From NCBI GenBank assembly GCA_030668485.1, contig DAOUTW010000013.1, forward strand, positions 2,902 to 66,901: 64,000 bases of DNA, written 5' to 3'. The first letter of the stretch is position 1. Each line of letters starts with the position of its first letter. Below, in pieces: positions 30,238 to 40,097 of the stretch. Made by a program: the position numbers and the translations under genes. The stretch comes from Candidatus Zixiibacteriota bacterium (GTDB lineage Bacteria; Zixibacteria; MSB-5A5; GN15; JAAZOE01). Under the pieces are notes generated by a model. That model saw only the letters and a list, made by a program, of their open reading frames with translations, made no database searches and had not been told where the DNA came from.

Positions 30238-31071
30238 TTAATGTGCATGCTCCCCGTGCGGCAGCACCATGGTAATGTATGCAGCCGAAAGCATGGTGAA
30301 AACCAGCGCCTGAATAGTTCCCAGTAGCAATGACAGGAAATAGAAAGGCAACTGGAACGGAATCCCGACCGGGCTGTTCATAAACGAAAGCGACAGCACA
30401 CCCAGCGAAACCATTACCGCGATAAGCGTATCTTCTCCGAAAATATTGCCGAAAAGTCGGACGGCCAGTGAGAACGGTTTAACAAACTCGCCAAAAACGT
30501 GCAGAGGGAAGTTGATGATCACCAAGGCCCAGGTCACTCCGGAATCGGGTGAACCGGCCAGATGATGGAGATATTTCAACGGTCCGAGGCGCCGTATGGC
30601 AGTGTATTGAACAAATATGAAAACCGAAATCGACAGGGCTGCGGTCATGTTGACCGACGCCGTCGGCGCATGCATAAGGGGCACAATACCGCTCATGTTC
30701 ATGCACCAGATGTATATGAAGAGAGTTCCCAGAAAAGGCAGATAGCGGTCGGTTTCTTTTCCAAGCATGGAATAAACCATGTTGTACAAACTCTCAACCA
30801 CCAATTCAACGCCATTCTGAAACGGCCCGGGGATCATTTCCCGTTTGCGGTAGACGACCATCGAAACACCGACCAGAACCAGTGAGATGAAAAAGGCGAA
30901 AAAGGTCACTTCCCAGTGGTGAGCGAAACTTTCATTGATGAAAGTCAGAATATTGGGGATATGAGTTGAGGTCTCGCCGCCGCCATGGGCGCCCTCGGCG
31001 GCTTGTTCACCGTGCTCGGCCGCTTCCTGAGCCGTTAAGATCAGGGTGTTGACTAATCCATGCATTATCAT
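30238..31071 (-). CDS. atpB: Fo ATP synthase subunit a
   Basis: PGPFQN, SLAVRLFGN, IQALVFTML motifs. Confidence 0.97.
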   Translation of the reverse strand: MIMHGLVNTLILTAQEAAEHGEQAAEGAHGGGETSTHIPNILTFINESFAHHWEVTFFAFFISLVLVGVSMVVYRKREMIPGPFQNGVELVVESLYNMVYSMLGKETDRYLPFLGTLFIYIWCMNMSGIVPLMHAPTASVNMTAALSISVFIFVQYTAIRRLGPLKYLHHLAGSPDSGVTWALVIINFPLHVFGEFVKPFSLAVRLFGNIFGEDTLIAVMVSLGVLSLSFMNSPVGIPFQLPFYFLSLLLGTIQALVFTMLSAAYITMVLPHGEHAH

Positions 31072-31499
31072 GCCAAGCCTCGGGAACTGCTTTCATGGTT
31101 AATAACATTTTCATCGAGCTTCAAAAAGGCCCGCGCCGCCGCCTTGAGAACCATTACCACCAGAACCATCGAAAATCCGATCAGGAGCGGGATAGGACGA
31201 AAGAATTCAACTGTCAGAAGAAAATACCCGGCGGCGTATAGCAACGGGAACTTGATCAGGGCCAGACCGGCGGCAGCCAGTTTGTCGACCCCGTCCGGCT
31301 TTAAGGCGGTTCGCACCAGAGCCGCCAGGAAAATCAGATTGACCATCGACCAAATGCCGGCCGACAAAACGGCCAAACTGTCATAAAAGCCGAAATAGTA
31401 TATCCCAACAACAAAGACAATCAAAAGAAGCACACCGGTGGTGCGCAGTGTGCGGGTGATGAAGTCGAAATTAAAAGTCGTCAGCGTTCTCTTCGTCAT
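31068..31499 (-). CDS. atpI: ATP synthase protein I
   Basis: Four-TM small protein directly before atpB. Confidence 0.8.
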   Translation of the reverse strand: MTKRTLTTFNFDFITRTLRTTGVLLLIVFVVGIYYFGFYDSLAVLSAGIWSMVNLIFLAALVRTALKPDGVDKLAAAGLALIKFPLLYAAGYFLLTVEFFRPIPLLIGFSMVLVVMVLKAAARAFLKLDENVINHESSSRGLA

Positions 31500-31704
31500 C
31501 TGAAGCCTTAATCAACTGCTTTATCAACTTTATCGTTTCGTTTATCGAGGTTGCGAGCCCGATCACAGAGAAGGTGATCATCAAGTATGGGGATGTTGTA
31601 AACCTGGTGTCAAGCCATTGCCCTAAAAAAAATCCCCCGACAGGTCCGGCCAGCATTATAAATGGAATGCTGGTTGCGAGCCCTATCTGCCTTGCTCCCT
31701 CAAT
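31471..31704 (-). CDS. atpZ: AtpZ/AtpI-family small membrane protein (start uncertain)
   Basis: ARQIGLATSIPFIMLAGPVGGFFLGQWLD...PYLMI matches AtpZ. The family-like segment extends upstream of ATG 31656 with no canonical in-frame start; ATT 31704 is one option. Confidence 0.7.
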   Translation of the reverse strand: MEGARQIGLATSIPFIMLAGPVGGFFLGQWLDTRFTTSPYLMITFSVIGLATSINETIKLIKQLIKASDDEENADDF

Positions 31705-31905
31705 TCTTGTCTTCCTAAACGTATCGTAACCCGATTACATCAAACCGTTAAGGTTTTCAGTTTTCCCGGCGGCATTGAGGCCGCCTTCATTTTGAAGAAT
31801 TCAATATATTTCCCGGCTGGACTTTGTCAAGCTATTTTGAGAAGATTTTGATAATTTTTTCACAAAGTAGCTCGTTGTCCTCCGGCTCCAAGCGATCTTT
31901 GCCTG

Positions 31906-32919
31906 TCAAATCAAAAGCGGTGTTATCCTAATATCGGTTTCTCTCAGCATCAGCTCGCATTCGGGCCTATATGCCGTATACAGGTGCAGGTTATCCGCCG
32001 GAATACCGGCAAAACAAAAATCGCCCGGATGGCGCCATTCCTGCTCGGACCGCCACCTACCTCCATCGCCGACATTTTGAAAAAACGGTTTATCCCCTGC
32101 CGGGAGATCATGGTAGTTTTCCGGTGATCCGTATCTAACCGGCCGCATTCCGAATTTAACCGCCGTGTCGGTAGATATTCCGAGGCCGTACGGCTCGAAA
32201 TAGGGATTTATCAGACGCCGGCGATAGCGAAAGAGATCATGAAGATTGGAATTCGACAAAGCGGTGAAGCCGACGACTCGATAACCACCTCGTATGTTTT
32301 TAGAACTGCCAAAAATTGTCTCGGATTTGAGGATATGGATCAGGTTGCTCCGGGCCGACCGGCAGTATTCTTTTGCCGAGGTAGCCATTGCCAGGTAGAA
32401 ATCATAGTCGGTTTCGTCGGGCCAGGGCGAAGCGGTAGTCCGTGTAAAATGAACCAGGAAATTGCCTTCAGGAAAGGAAGCGTTGAGGCGGGATTTATCA
32501 TATCGGGGTCGCGGGCGGGTTTTCGCATCGTAATTTATAATAAAGGCATCGTTTACTTTGTCGCGGTTTTGTTCGATCAGTTCTGCCAGATTACCTCCGG
32601 GTCTAATTGAAACCGGAATTATCAGATCGACGATGGCGGCAATTTTCCGGTCTCTTATCGGCCAGGTCGATTTTGTGCTATCCTTTACCGGATCGCCAAA
32701 AAACAGAAACCCGGTTCGGGTGCGATCCAGTTTGAATCTGCGAATTATCTCAGGTATTTCCTCTGTGTGATTCCGGTCGGGGGAAGGGACAAGGATTATT
32801 GCCCTGGTTCCAGTGTGCGAGGCCAGCGCCAGAGCCAGTTCCCAAGTATTCATGCCGAGCGAGGTCACGAGAACCAGGTTTTCCTTTGAAACGTAGCCAA
32901 TTGCCCGGGTGGTTGACAC
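31906..32919 (-). CDS. Hypothetical protein: DprA/SLOG-like N-terminus fused to an AbiGi/DUF2971-like ADP-ribosyltransferase-fold domain
   Basis: Frame stays open upstream of GTG 32919 (YHGPDNILGCRKAAILNSRQ); C-terminal LVHFTR, VVGFT, YGLGI, PVRY and WRSEQEWR motifs. Confidence 0.5.
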   Translation of the reverse strand: MSTTRAIGYVSKENLVLVTSLGMNTWELALALASHTGTRAIILVPSPDRNHTEEIPEIIRRFKLDRTRTGFLFFGDPVKDSTKSTWPIRDRKIAAIVDLIIPVSIRPGGNLAELIEQNRDKVNDAFIINYDAKTRPRPRYDKSRLNASFPEGNFLVHFTRTTASPWPDETDYDFYLAMATSAKEYCRSARSNLIHILKSETIFGSSKNIRGGYRVVGFTALSNSNLHDLFRYRRRLINPYFEPYGLGISTDTAVKFGMRPVRYGSPENYHDLPAGDKPFFQNVGDGGRWRSEQEWRHPGDFCFAGIPADNLHLYTAYRPECELMLRETDIRITPLLI

Positions 32920-33199
32920 TATCCATGGGTCAGTACCGAGCGGAAATTTTGATTGCCGGGAATTAAGAATCGCTGCCTTGCGGCAGCCAAGGATATTATC
33001 CGGACCGTGATAGACAGTTTTGATATCTTCGATATTGATGACGCCCGCCCTCTGTCGATGCCAATATCGTCTATGACCCGAGCGCCGGATTCCTTTTATA
33101 AGGATAAAACAATTCTATAATGATGAAGCGCCCCGGGTATTATCGGAAAATTATGTCCGGTATAAAATCGGCTATTATCGATGCAATATCAAGACAAAA

Positions 33200-33709
33200 C
33201 TATTTGCGTTCCCGCCTCATAATGGCGGCGACGATTGGAGGAATAAACGCGAGTTGGGCCGCTATTCCGGGCAAACCGGTCACCACGGCAACCGAAAAGT
33301 AGGTTTTGACACCATATGGCAGTTCCAAAAACATACCCAGAACTAAAAGGCCGACAGCGAATCCAATCCGGCCGACGACGAGGGACAATAACAGGGCTAT
33401 ATAGATATTCAGTCGCAGCCGGTAATAAAACAGGCCCGCGGTTAGACCGTACAGGCTTAATTCCAGAGTCATCAACGGCACAGCGTATCCGGGTGGCATT
33501 CCGGTCAGCGCAAATGATAAAGCTGGGGCCAGTAAACCGATTATCATTCCTGAAATCGGTCCGGAAATAAAGCCGGCCAGGAGCACCGGGATATGCATTG
33601 GAAGAAATATCCGTCCGCCCATACCGAATTGATGGAAGACGATCGGAAAGACCACAGCGAGCGCCAGAAAAAGGGCGGTGCGAACAATTAATTTGGGAGT
33701 GGGATTCAC
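33200..33709 (-). CDS. ECF transporter S component
   Basis: ALFLALAVVFP, FLPMHIPVLLAGF, GLLAPALS, ELSLYG motifs; about 6 TM. Confidence 0.85.
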   Translation of the reverse strand: MNPTPKLIVRTALFLALAVVFPIVFHQFGMGGRIFLPMHIPVLLAGFISGPISGMIIGLLAPALSFALTGMPPGYAVPLMTLELSLYGLTAGLFYYRLRLNIYIALLLSLVVGRIGFAVGLLVLGMFLELPYGVKTYFSVAVVTGLPGIAAQLAFIPPIVAAIMRRERK

Positions 33710-34306
33710 TTATTCCTTGAAACCGGTAGCCAGATACAGATCTTTTTTATCGGTCAATTCATACCTCGAGAAATGTCCCCGGTTGAACATTTCCTCAAGC
33801 TCATGGGCATCGGGCAATTCATCGCGGTCGATGGGGCCCCCGACCTGATGGTGCTGGCGAGATAGTTCCGTACGTCCGACCAGATGGATAATGATAATTT
33901 TCCCGCCCGGTTTCAGAATCTTGTTGGCCTGGCGGATCGTCTCGTCCTTGTGTGAGAAATGCGCGAAAGCGGCGAACGAAATAACCAGATCGAAGGTATT
34001 ATCCTTAAACGGCATACAGCAGGCATCAGCCTCCACAACGCCGATATTATGAAAAGGGAAATTGCGCTGAGCACGGTGGGCCACCTGGGGAGCGAAATCG
34101 ACACCGACGATGTACCCGGTTTCACCCACACGACGGCGAAGGAGATCAAAAAGAACGCCGGTACCGCAACCCAGATCGCAGACGCTGACACCCTGTGGGA
34201 TATTGACCTTGTCGATAATATGCGCTAACCGCTCAAGATCTTCAGCCGTGAGATCGCGATCCCAGTTATCGCCGATTGAGTCGAAATACTCTTGCTTCTT
34301 ATCCAT
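33710..34306 (-). CDS. Class I SAM-dependent methyltransferase
   Basis: VCDLGCGTG, VGVDFA, EADACCMPF, ILKPGG motifs. Confidence 0.9.
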   Translation of the reverse strand: MDKKQEYFDSIGDNWDRDLTAEDLERLAHIIDKVNIPQGVSVCDLGCGTGVLFDLLRRRVGETGYIVGVDFAPQVAHRAQRNFPFHNIGVVEADACCMPFKDNTFDLVISFAAFAHFSHKDETIRQANKILKPGGKIIIIHLVGRTELSRQHHQVGGPIDRDELPDAHELEEMFNRGHFSRYELTDKKDLYLATGFKE

Positions 34307-34342
34307 CTGAGCACGTGCACCTGTTTATTGGTTTAACACCAG

Positions 34343-34371
34343 TAAATACAATATACCGGCCTGAATGTCAA
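34343..34371 (-). promoter_or_regulatory. sigma70 promoter for methyltransferase-ECF pair
   Basis: TTGACA-17 nt-TATTTA on minus strand. Confidence 0.5.
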
Positions 34372-34476
34372 GCACTTCCAAGGCCTCTTTCAGGTCCGGC
34401 GATAATATTTCCAGGCCGCCTTAATTTTAATTATTTTTGCTGCAATCGCATGAAGAGCAGCCGGATGCGAATGCTT

Positions 34477-34505
34477 TTGACATTACCATCGAGCACCCGT
34501 ATATT
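34477..34505 (+). promoter_or_regulatory. sigma70 promoter for thioesterase
   Basis: TTGACA-17 nt-TATATT. Confidence 0.55.
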
Positions 34506-34541
34506 GATCTGTCTAACTGCTTATACAATGAGGTTTGTACT

Positions 34542-34961
34542 ATGGCCGGTTTGAAAGAATATTACACTGTCAAGCTTCATGATACCGATGCTGCAGGCAT
34601 CCTTTTTTACGCCAACCAATTCAAAATGGCTCATGATATGTATGAGCAGTTTCTGACCCGGATCGGATTTGCTCTTCGAGAGAGGTTTACCATCCGGGAT
34701 TTCTCTATGCCAATCGTCCATGCCGAGGCCGATTATCATCAGCCGTTGCAGGTTGGGGATACAATAGAAATAGCTTTATCGGTTGAGAAGATTGGGACGA
34801 CTTCATTTTCTTTGAAGTACCAGATGTCTGACCTTGACGGCATTTCGGTCGGCATAGTCCAAACCGTTCATGTCACCATCGATCTTGAGACTGGGAAAAA
34901 GATTAAATTACCGGTGCCGTTTCGGGAAAAATTGATGGAGATGGCGAAAAAAACAACCTAA
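34542..34961 (+). CDS. Hot-dog-fold thioesterase, probable DHNA-CoA hydrolase
   Basis: VKLHDTDAAGILFYAN and PIVHAEADY motifs (4HBT family); convergent with menE. Confidence 0.8.
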   Translation: MAGLKEYYTVKLHDTDAAGILFYANQFKMAHDMYEQFLTRIGFALRERFTIRDFSMPIVHAEADYHQPLQVGDTIEIALSVEKIGTTSFSLKYQMSDLDGISVGIVQTVHVTIDLETGKKIKLPVPFREKLMEMAKKTT

Positions 34962-36427
34962 TTTTCTTCTTCAATAATCTTACTATATTTGTCATGCAAA
35001 GCCTGCCGGTCATATTTTCCGCTTCCGGTCAGAGGTAGTTTATGAACAATGACAATCCGGTCGGGGATTTTTATCTGAGCCAGTGTTTTGTCAAGCCGCC
35101 CCTTTATTTGATTTTCTGTCATCCGGTCGTCTGCCACCTGTACTATTGCAACCGGCCTTTCGCCCCACTTCTTATCTTTTCGGGACAATACCACCGCTCC
35201 AGTGATACCATCCAGGGCTGTAATCGCCTGCTCAATTTGATTCAGGTCGATATTCTCGCCGCCAGATATAATGAAACGGCCCGCTCTTCCGGTGACCGTC
35301 AGATAACCATCATTGTCGATTCGGCCGATATCGCCGGTGTTAAACCAGCCCTGGGAATCGACCACCGGGTCGGTTTGATTCAGATAGCGAGAGAACAACA
35401 CCTCTCCCCTGACCAAAATCGGGCCATCTTCGCCCGGCTCGGCAATCTTGATTTTCCGGTGAGGCAATACGATACCGGCAGTAGAGATTTTGTCGCGGAG
35501 GTGATTAATCGGCAACAGGGTTACCATCGACGAAGTTTCGGTCATGCCATAGGTGGTCAAAATCGGAAGATTAAGATCTTTACACTTCCGGCGAAGCGAT
35601 TCATCCATCGGCGCACCGCCGACGATGATCGCCTTTAAATCATTCAGGCGGTGATCATTATCGGCTGAGATCAAAGCACGGAGCATGGTCGGCACCACCG
35701 AGAGGCAGGGGCCTCTTTTTGAATCAATAATCTCCAGAATCTTGTCTTGACGGAACTTATCGAAGATATGCACTCCGCATCCGGCCAATGCAGCTCGGAA
35801 CAGAATGGAGATACCGCCGATATGGAAAAACGGCAATGTTGCCAGCCAGGAATCGCCGGATGAGTACCCTAACGCTGCCTCGGCTCCCACGGCGCTGTAG
35901 TATAGATTTTTCCAGGTCAATATCACACCGCGTGAGGCTCCGCTGCTACCGGAACTGAAAATGATCATCGCCTCGCGGTCGAGAGATAATTCCTCTTTCG
36001 AGGCCTTCGATTCGGTCGGATGATGGTCCGATACTATCTCTTCCCATGAGTACGATTCAATGTCTGAAAACTGTTTGCCCCGGGGAAATTGATCGCCGGC
36101 GATTAGCAATCGACACCCGGCATCTTCCATCTGCTGCTGCCATTCCGATTTTGTCAGGCGGGTATTGAGAGGCATGAGGATAAATCCGAGACGGAAGGCG
36201 GCATGAAAAAGGATCGCATAAGAATTTGAATTACTATCCAACACCGCTACGACATCGCCGGAGGCAATACCTCTCTGCTGAATATATTTCACGGCGCCGT
36301 TAATGGCCGCATCGAGTTGGGCATAAGTGAGGCTTTGCCGATTGTCGGTCAAGGCCGTTCGATCCGGGTCGGAGGAGGCCGCAGCACGGATGGGACATCG
36401 GATTGATTTTATCACAGGTTGTCCCAT
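34958..36427 (-). CDS. menE: o-succinylbenzoate-CoA ligase
   Basis: FSSGSSG, LPFFHIGG, YGMTETSS, TGDIG, ISGGENI motifs; start ATG 36427. Confidence 0.92.
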   Translation of the reverse strand: MGQPVIKSIRCPIRAAASSDPDRTALTDNRQSLTYAQLDAAINGAVKYIQQRGIASGDVVAVLDSNSNSYAILFHAAFRLGFILMPLNTRLTKSEWQQQMEDAGCRLLIAGDQFPRGKQFSDIESYSWEEIVSDHHPTESKASKEELSLDREAMIIFSSGSSGASRGVILTWKNLYYSAVGAEAALGYSSGDSWLATLPFFHIGGISILFRAALAGCGVHIFDKFRQDKILEIIDSKRGPCLSVVPTMLRALISADNDHRLNDLKAIIVGGAPMDESLRRKCKDLNLPILTTYGMTETSSMVTLLPINHLRDKISTAGIVLPHRKIKIAEPGEDGPILVRGEVLFSRYLNQTDPVVDSQGWFNTGDIGRIDNDGYLTVTGRAGRFIISGGENIDLNQIEQAITALDGITGAVVLSRKDKKWGERPVAIVQVADDRMTENQIKGRLDKTLAQIKIPDRIVIVHKLPLTGSGKYDRQALHDKYSKIIEEEN

Positions 36428-37515
36428 ATTTCTTCTCCGATGCCATCCCCGATACCGCTTCCGGAAGGCAATTTGATCACGCCATCGGTAACTTGCATCA
36501 ATGCCGGATTTCCGCGCCTGAAGAGGCGCAGAGTATCCAGACCGCATGTCTCCTTTTGGTCCCAGGAAGAGGCGGCCAGATGAAGTTGAGCCGCAATTCC
36601 AATTTCGGTTTCAAGATTGGAAGTGATTACAGCGCGGCAATCATTCACCCCGGCATTGAGTGTAATATGCCTGGGGGTTAGAATATGGCCCAGAAGAGAT
36701 GGCTTGAGGATTAAAACCAGAGAGCCTTTTCTTGACAGAAGCTCATAAATATCATCTATCAGGGTAAGGCTTTCATCAATGGCCATTTCGATCCCGGTTT
36801 CCTCTTTTAAGCGCATCAGGAGATCATAGTCGAAAACCTTAAGCGGCTCTTCGACATATTCAATATCATACTCACTCATGACATCCAACACTGCCAGAGC
36901 CGTATCATAGTCCCAGGCCTGATTGGCGTCGAGCCTGATAGCTGGAGAATAATCAAGCATCGTCCGTAATTTTTTGACCGTCGCAACATCATCGGCGATT
37001 TCACCGGCACCGACTTTAATTTTGACTGCCGGGTAGCGACAGGTGGATATCTCCGCCTTCACCAGACCCCAATCATCGACGGGACTAGGTAGCAAATAAT
37101 TAACCGGGACAGCAGAAGGAGAGAATGGTGAAATCCATTCCGACAATGGTATCTCGTGTTTCCTGGCCGCCACATCGCATACGGCAGTCTCAAAACCAAA
37201 GCGCATTGCCGGGGAGGCATGGTCGGGGCATATTTTAATTAATTCTTTAAAACGCATCCACAGAGTATCGAATTCGACGTCAGGCAAAGCAACTTCCAAC
37301 TGTTTGAGCACAGCCTGATCCGATTCGACACTATTGGTATCGTTCTTACCGAACCCCGGCAGGCTGTCGGCCGCCTCGCCAAATCCGGCCATTCCGTCTT
37401 CATTCTCAGCGCGAATGATCCACCCGGTTCTTTCAGAGATAGGGCCGTGTGAAGTTATTAACGGTTTGCGGAAGGCACGCCGATAACGCTTCGCTTGTAA
37501 TGAGACTATTTTCAC
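36412..37515 (-). CDS. menC: o-succinylbenzoate synthase
   Basis: Enolase superfamily: KIKVG, RLDANQAW, YVEEP, IDESL; GTG start overlaps the menA TGA. Confidence 0.9.
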   Translation of the reverse strand: MKIVSLQAKRYRRAFRKPLITSHGPISERTGWIIRAENEDGMAGFGEAADSLPGFGKNDTNSVESDQAVLKQLEVALPDVEFDTLWMRFKELIKICPDHASPAMRFGFETAVCDVAARKHEIPLSEWISPFSPSAVPVNYLLPSPVDDWGLVKAEISTCRYPAVKIKVGAGEIADDVATVKKLRTMLDYSPAIRLDANQAWDYDTALAVLDVMSEYDIEYVEEPLKVFDYDLLMRLKEETGIEMAIDESLTLIDDIYELLSRKGSLVLILKPSLLGHILTPRHITLNAGVNDCRAVITSNLETEIGIAAQLHLAASSWDQKETCGLDTLRLFRRGNPALMQVTDGVIKLPSGSGIGDGIGEEIWDNL

Positions 37516-38417
37516 AGCAACCAACCGATGCTGAAAAGAATGCCAAAGATAATTAATAACCGCCCGGTATCAGCCAGAGTGTTATTTAATGTTTCGCCGT
37601 CGGTGATGGTAAAGACGGTTATAATTGGCGACCGGGCCAGCAACAGATAAACGGCGACTATCGGCAGATAACTGCCGGCATACCCTGAGAGCGTCATGGC
37701 AATCGGTATCAGAGCCGCACCCAGCAGCATATTAAAATATTGATATCTTGCGAAGCTCCTGCCATAGCGAACGGCCAGAGTTCGCTTGCCGCCTTTTTGG
37801 TCAGTATCAATATCCCGCAGATTGTTTACCACGAGGATCGCGACCGAGATCATGCCGAACGGCAGACCGGCAATGATGATCGGCCATGATATTTCAAGAG
37901 TCTGAGCATAATAAGTTCCGGCCAGAGCCACCGGACCGAAAAAGACGAGAACGAAGATATCGGCAATCCCGATATAACCAAGCGCGAGCGGTCCGGCGGT
38001 GTAGAGGACACCGAACAGAATCGACGACAAGCCGATTATGGCAATCGGCCATCCGCCACGGGAGACCAGATAGATCCCGGCCAGAAACGCCAGAGCAAAG
38101 ACTATTGTTGTGGCAATCGCTGTCTGGCGGGGTGTGGCCAGTCCGGCCTGCGTGACTCGCATCGGACCGATTCTATCGGAGGTGTCGGTTTGTTTTTTAT
38201 AATCGAAAAGATCATTGGCATAGTTGGTGCCAACCTGGATCATGATCGATCCAAATAAAGCCGCCAAAAGGGACAACAAATGAAATCCGCCGTCGCCATA
38301 TGCCATCGCACCCGCAACCAGTACCGGCACAATCCCTGCCGGCAGAGTCTTGGGCCGTGCGGCCAGAAGCCAGACCATCCAAAAGGATGGCTTTTCATTC
38401 GGATCGCGATTCATCAT
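37512..38417 (-). CDS. menA: 1,4-dihydroxy-2-naphthoate polyprenyltransferase
   Basis: AARPKTL, NYANDLFD, VNNLRDIDTD, GKRTLAVR motifs. Confidence 0.95.
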   Translation of the reverse strand: MMNRDPNEKPSFWMVWLLAARPKTLPAGIVPVLVAGAMAYGDGGFHLLSLLAALFGSIMIQVGTNYANDLFDYKKQTDTSDRIGPMRVTQAGLATPRQTAIATTIVFALAFLAGIYLVSRGGWPIAIIGLSSILFGVLYTAGPLALGYIGIADIFVLVFFGPVALAGTYYAQTLEISWPIIIAGLPFGMISVAILVVNNLRDIDTDQKGGKRTLAVRYGRSFARYQYFNMLLGAALIPIAMTLSGYAGSYLPIVAVYLLLARSPIITVFTITDGETLNNTLADTGRLLIIFGILFSIGWLL

Positions 38418-38420
38418 TGA

Positions 38421-39248
38421 TCACGGCCGCCGGGGGAATTTTGAAAAATCGGGCTTGCGCTTCTCGTTGTAAGCGTCTCTCCCCTCCTGGCCCTCTTCAG
38501 TCATATAAAATAACATGGTCGCATTCCCGGCCATCTCCTGCAGCCCCGCCTGCCCGTCGCAGTCGGCATTAAGGGCCGACTTCAGGCAACGGATCGCCAT
38601 CGGGCTGTTGGCCAGAATCTCCCGGCACCATTTGACCGTTTCTTCCTCCAGTTTTTCATAGGGCACGACGGTATTGACCAGACCCATATCGAGTGCCTGT
38701 TGCGCATCATATTGACGACAGAGGAACCAGATTTCGCGGGCTTTTTTCTGCCCTACAATTCGGGCCATATAGCTGGCTCCATAGCCGCCATCGAACGATC
38801 CAACTTTCGGGCCGGTCTGCCCGAAACGGGCATTGTCGGCAGCGATGGTCAGATCGCACAACATGTGCAGGATATGCCCCCCGCCGATAGCATAGCCGGC
38901 TACCATGGCGATTACCGGTTTGGGCAGGGTACGAATCTGGCGCTGAAAATCGAGAACATTGAGGCGCTCCACACCCTCGTCATCGGTATAGCCCGCCTCA
39001 CCCCGTATACTTTGATCCCCTCCGGAGCAAAAGGCGTCTTTCCCTTCTCCCGTGAGAATGACCACTCCGATTTCCGGATCATCACGGGCATCGTCAAGAG
39101 CCTTCGACATTTCGGTAACCGTCAGCGGTCGGAAGGCATTGCGCACCCGTGGGCGATTGATCGTAATTTTGGCGATCCCTTCCGCCTTGTGATAAAATAT
39201 ATCCTTAAAATCCCCGGCATTTTTCCATTCAATACCAGACATTCTCAT
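38421..39248 (-). CDS. menB: 1,4-dihydroxy-2-naphthoyl-CoA synthase
   Basis: [28 protein letters not shown] motifs. Confidence 0.98.
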   Translation of the reverse strand: MRMSGIEWKNAGDFKDIFYHKAEGIAKITINRPRVRNAFRPLTVTEMSKALDDARDDPEIGVVILTGEGKDAFCSGGDQSIRGEAGYTDDEGVERLNVLDFQRQIRTLPKPVIAMVAGYAIGGGHILHMLCDLTIAADNARFGQTGPKVGSFDGGYGASYMARIVGQKKAREIWFLCRQYDAQQALDMGLVNTVVPYEKLEEETVKWCREILANSPMAIRCLKSALNADCDGQAGLQEMAGNATMLFYMTEEGQEGRDAYNEKRKPDFSKFPRRP

Positions 39249-39276
39249 CTCCTTAGTTTTGGGTCTTGTTGTTTGC

Positions 39277-40077
39277 TCACAAAATATGTGAAGAAAGGAA
39301 AAAATTCAAGGCCGATACAAAATCTTTATTATTTTCCAGATGGACGATATGACCCGCATCGGGGATAATTTTCAACTCGGCCTGATCTATCTGCGATGTC
39401 ATCCGGCGCGCGATATCACAAAATTTTTCATCAAGTTCGCCGGCGATTATCATAGTTGGCTTCTGCCATTTACCCAGTTGATCCCAGAGGGGCTGCTGCC
39501 TCCCCGGCGACAGACGGACCATCACTTCGGCCAGGCTATTCGGACTGTTTACCATTTTCTTCTGAATGATCGTTTCCAGCAGGCCGGGTTGGCGTTTCAA
39601 CGAATCGAATAACGCCTGCTCATACCAGTCGGCAAGGAAGGGCCGGATACCGTTCTCCCGTAATCTCTCGGCGCGGAGTTGATCCTGATGATAACGCTGA
39701 TCCCTTTCCGTTGGCGATTCTATTCCGGCAGTCGATGATTCCAACACCAGCGCTGAGACATAATCGGGATGTTGTAAGGCGGTGTGGAGGGCGACTCTAC
39801 CGCCCATCGAGTATCCGACAAGAACGGGAGGATCGATAAATCGGGCTTTGACAAAATCTATTATGGCGTCGGCCAGGGAATTGAAATCGAGTTGATCCAG
39901 ATCGGCTTCGGTGCCGCCATGTCCGGGCAGATCGAGAGCGACGGAGAAAAGGCAATCGGGAAGTTGCTCCATAGTCGTCTGCCATATCCCGCCATGCCCC
40001 ATGAAACCATGAAGAAACAGAATCGGAATTCCGGAAACATTGCCATGATGATGATAAGACCATTCGATACTCAGCAT
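39277..40077 (-). CDS. menH: SHCHC synthase (alpha/beta hydrolase fold)
   Basis: [27 protein letters not shown] motifs; position in the men cluster. Confidence 0.9.
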   Translation of the reverse strand: MLSIEWSYHHHGNVSGIPILFLHGFMGHGGIWQTTMEQLPDCLFSVALDLPGHGGTEADLDQLDFNSLADAIIDFVKARFIDPPVLVGYSMGGRVALHTALQHPDYVSALVLESSTAGIESPTERDQRYHQDQLRAERLRENGIRPFLADWYEQALFDSLKRQPGLLETIIQKKMVNSPNSLAEVMVRLSPGRQQPLWDQLGKWQKPTMIIAGELDEKFCDIARRMTSQIDQAELKIIPDAGHIVHLENNKDFVSALNFFLSSHIL

Positions 40078-40097
40078 CTTCGTCAACTTTTGCCCCT

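Noticed and set aside
33710-34306. Naming the methyltransferase menG/ubiE
   Set aside because: Only generic class I motifs are visible; UbiE-specific motifs are not evident, so proximity alone is insufficient.
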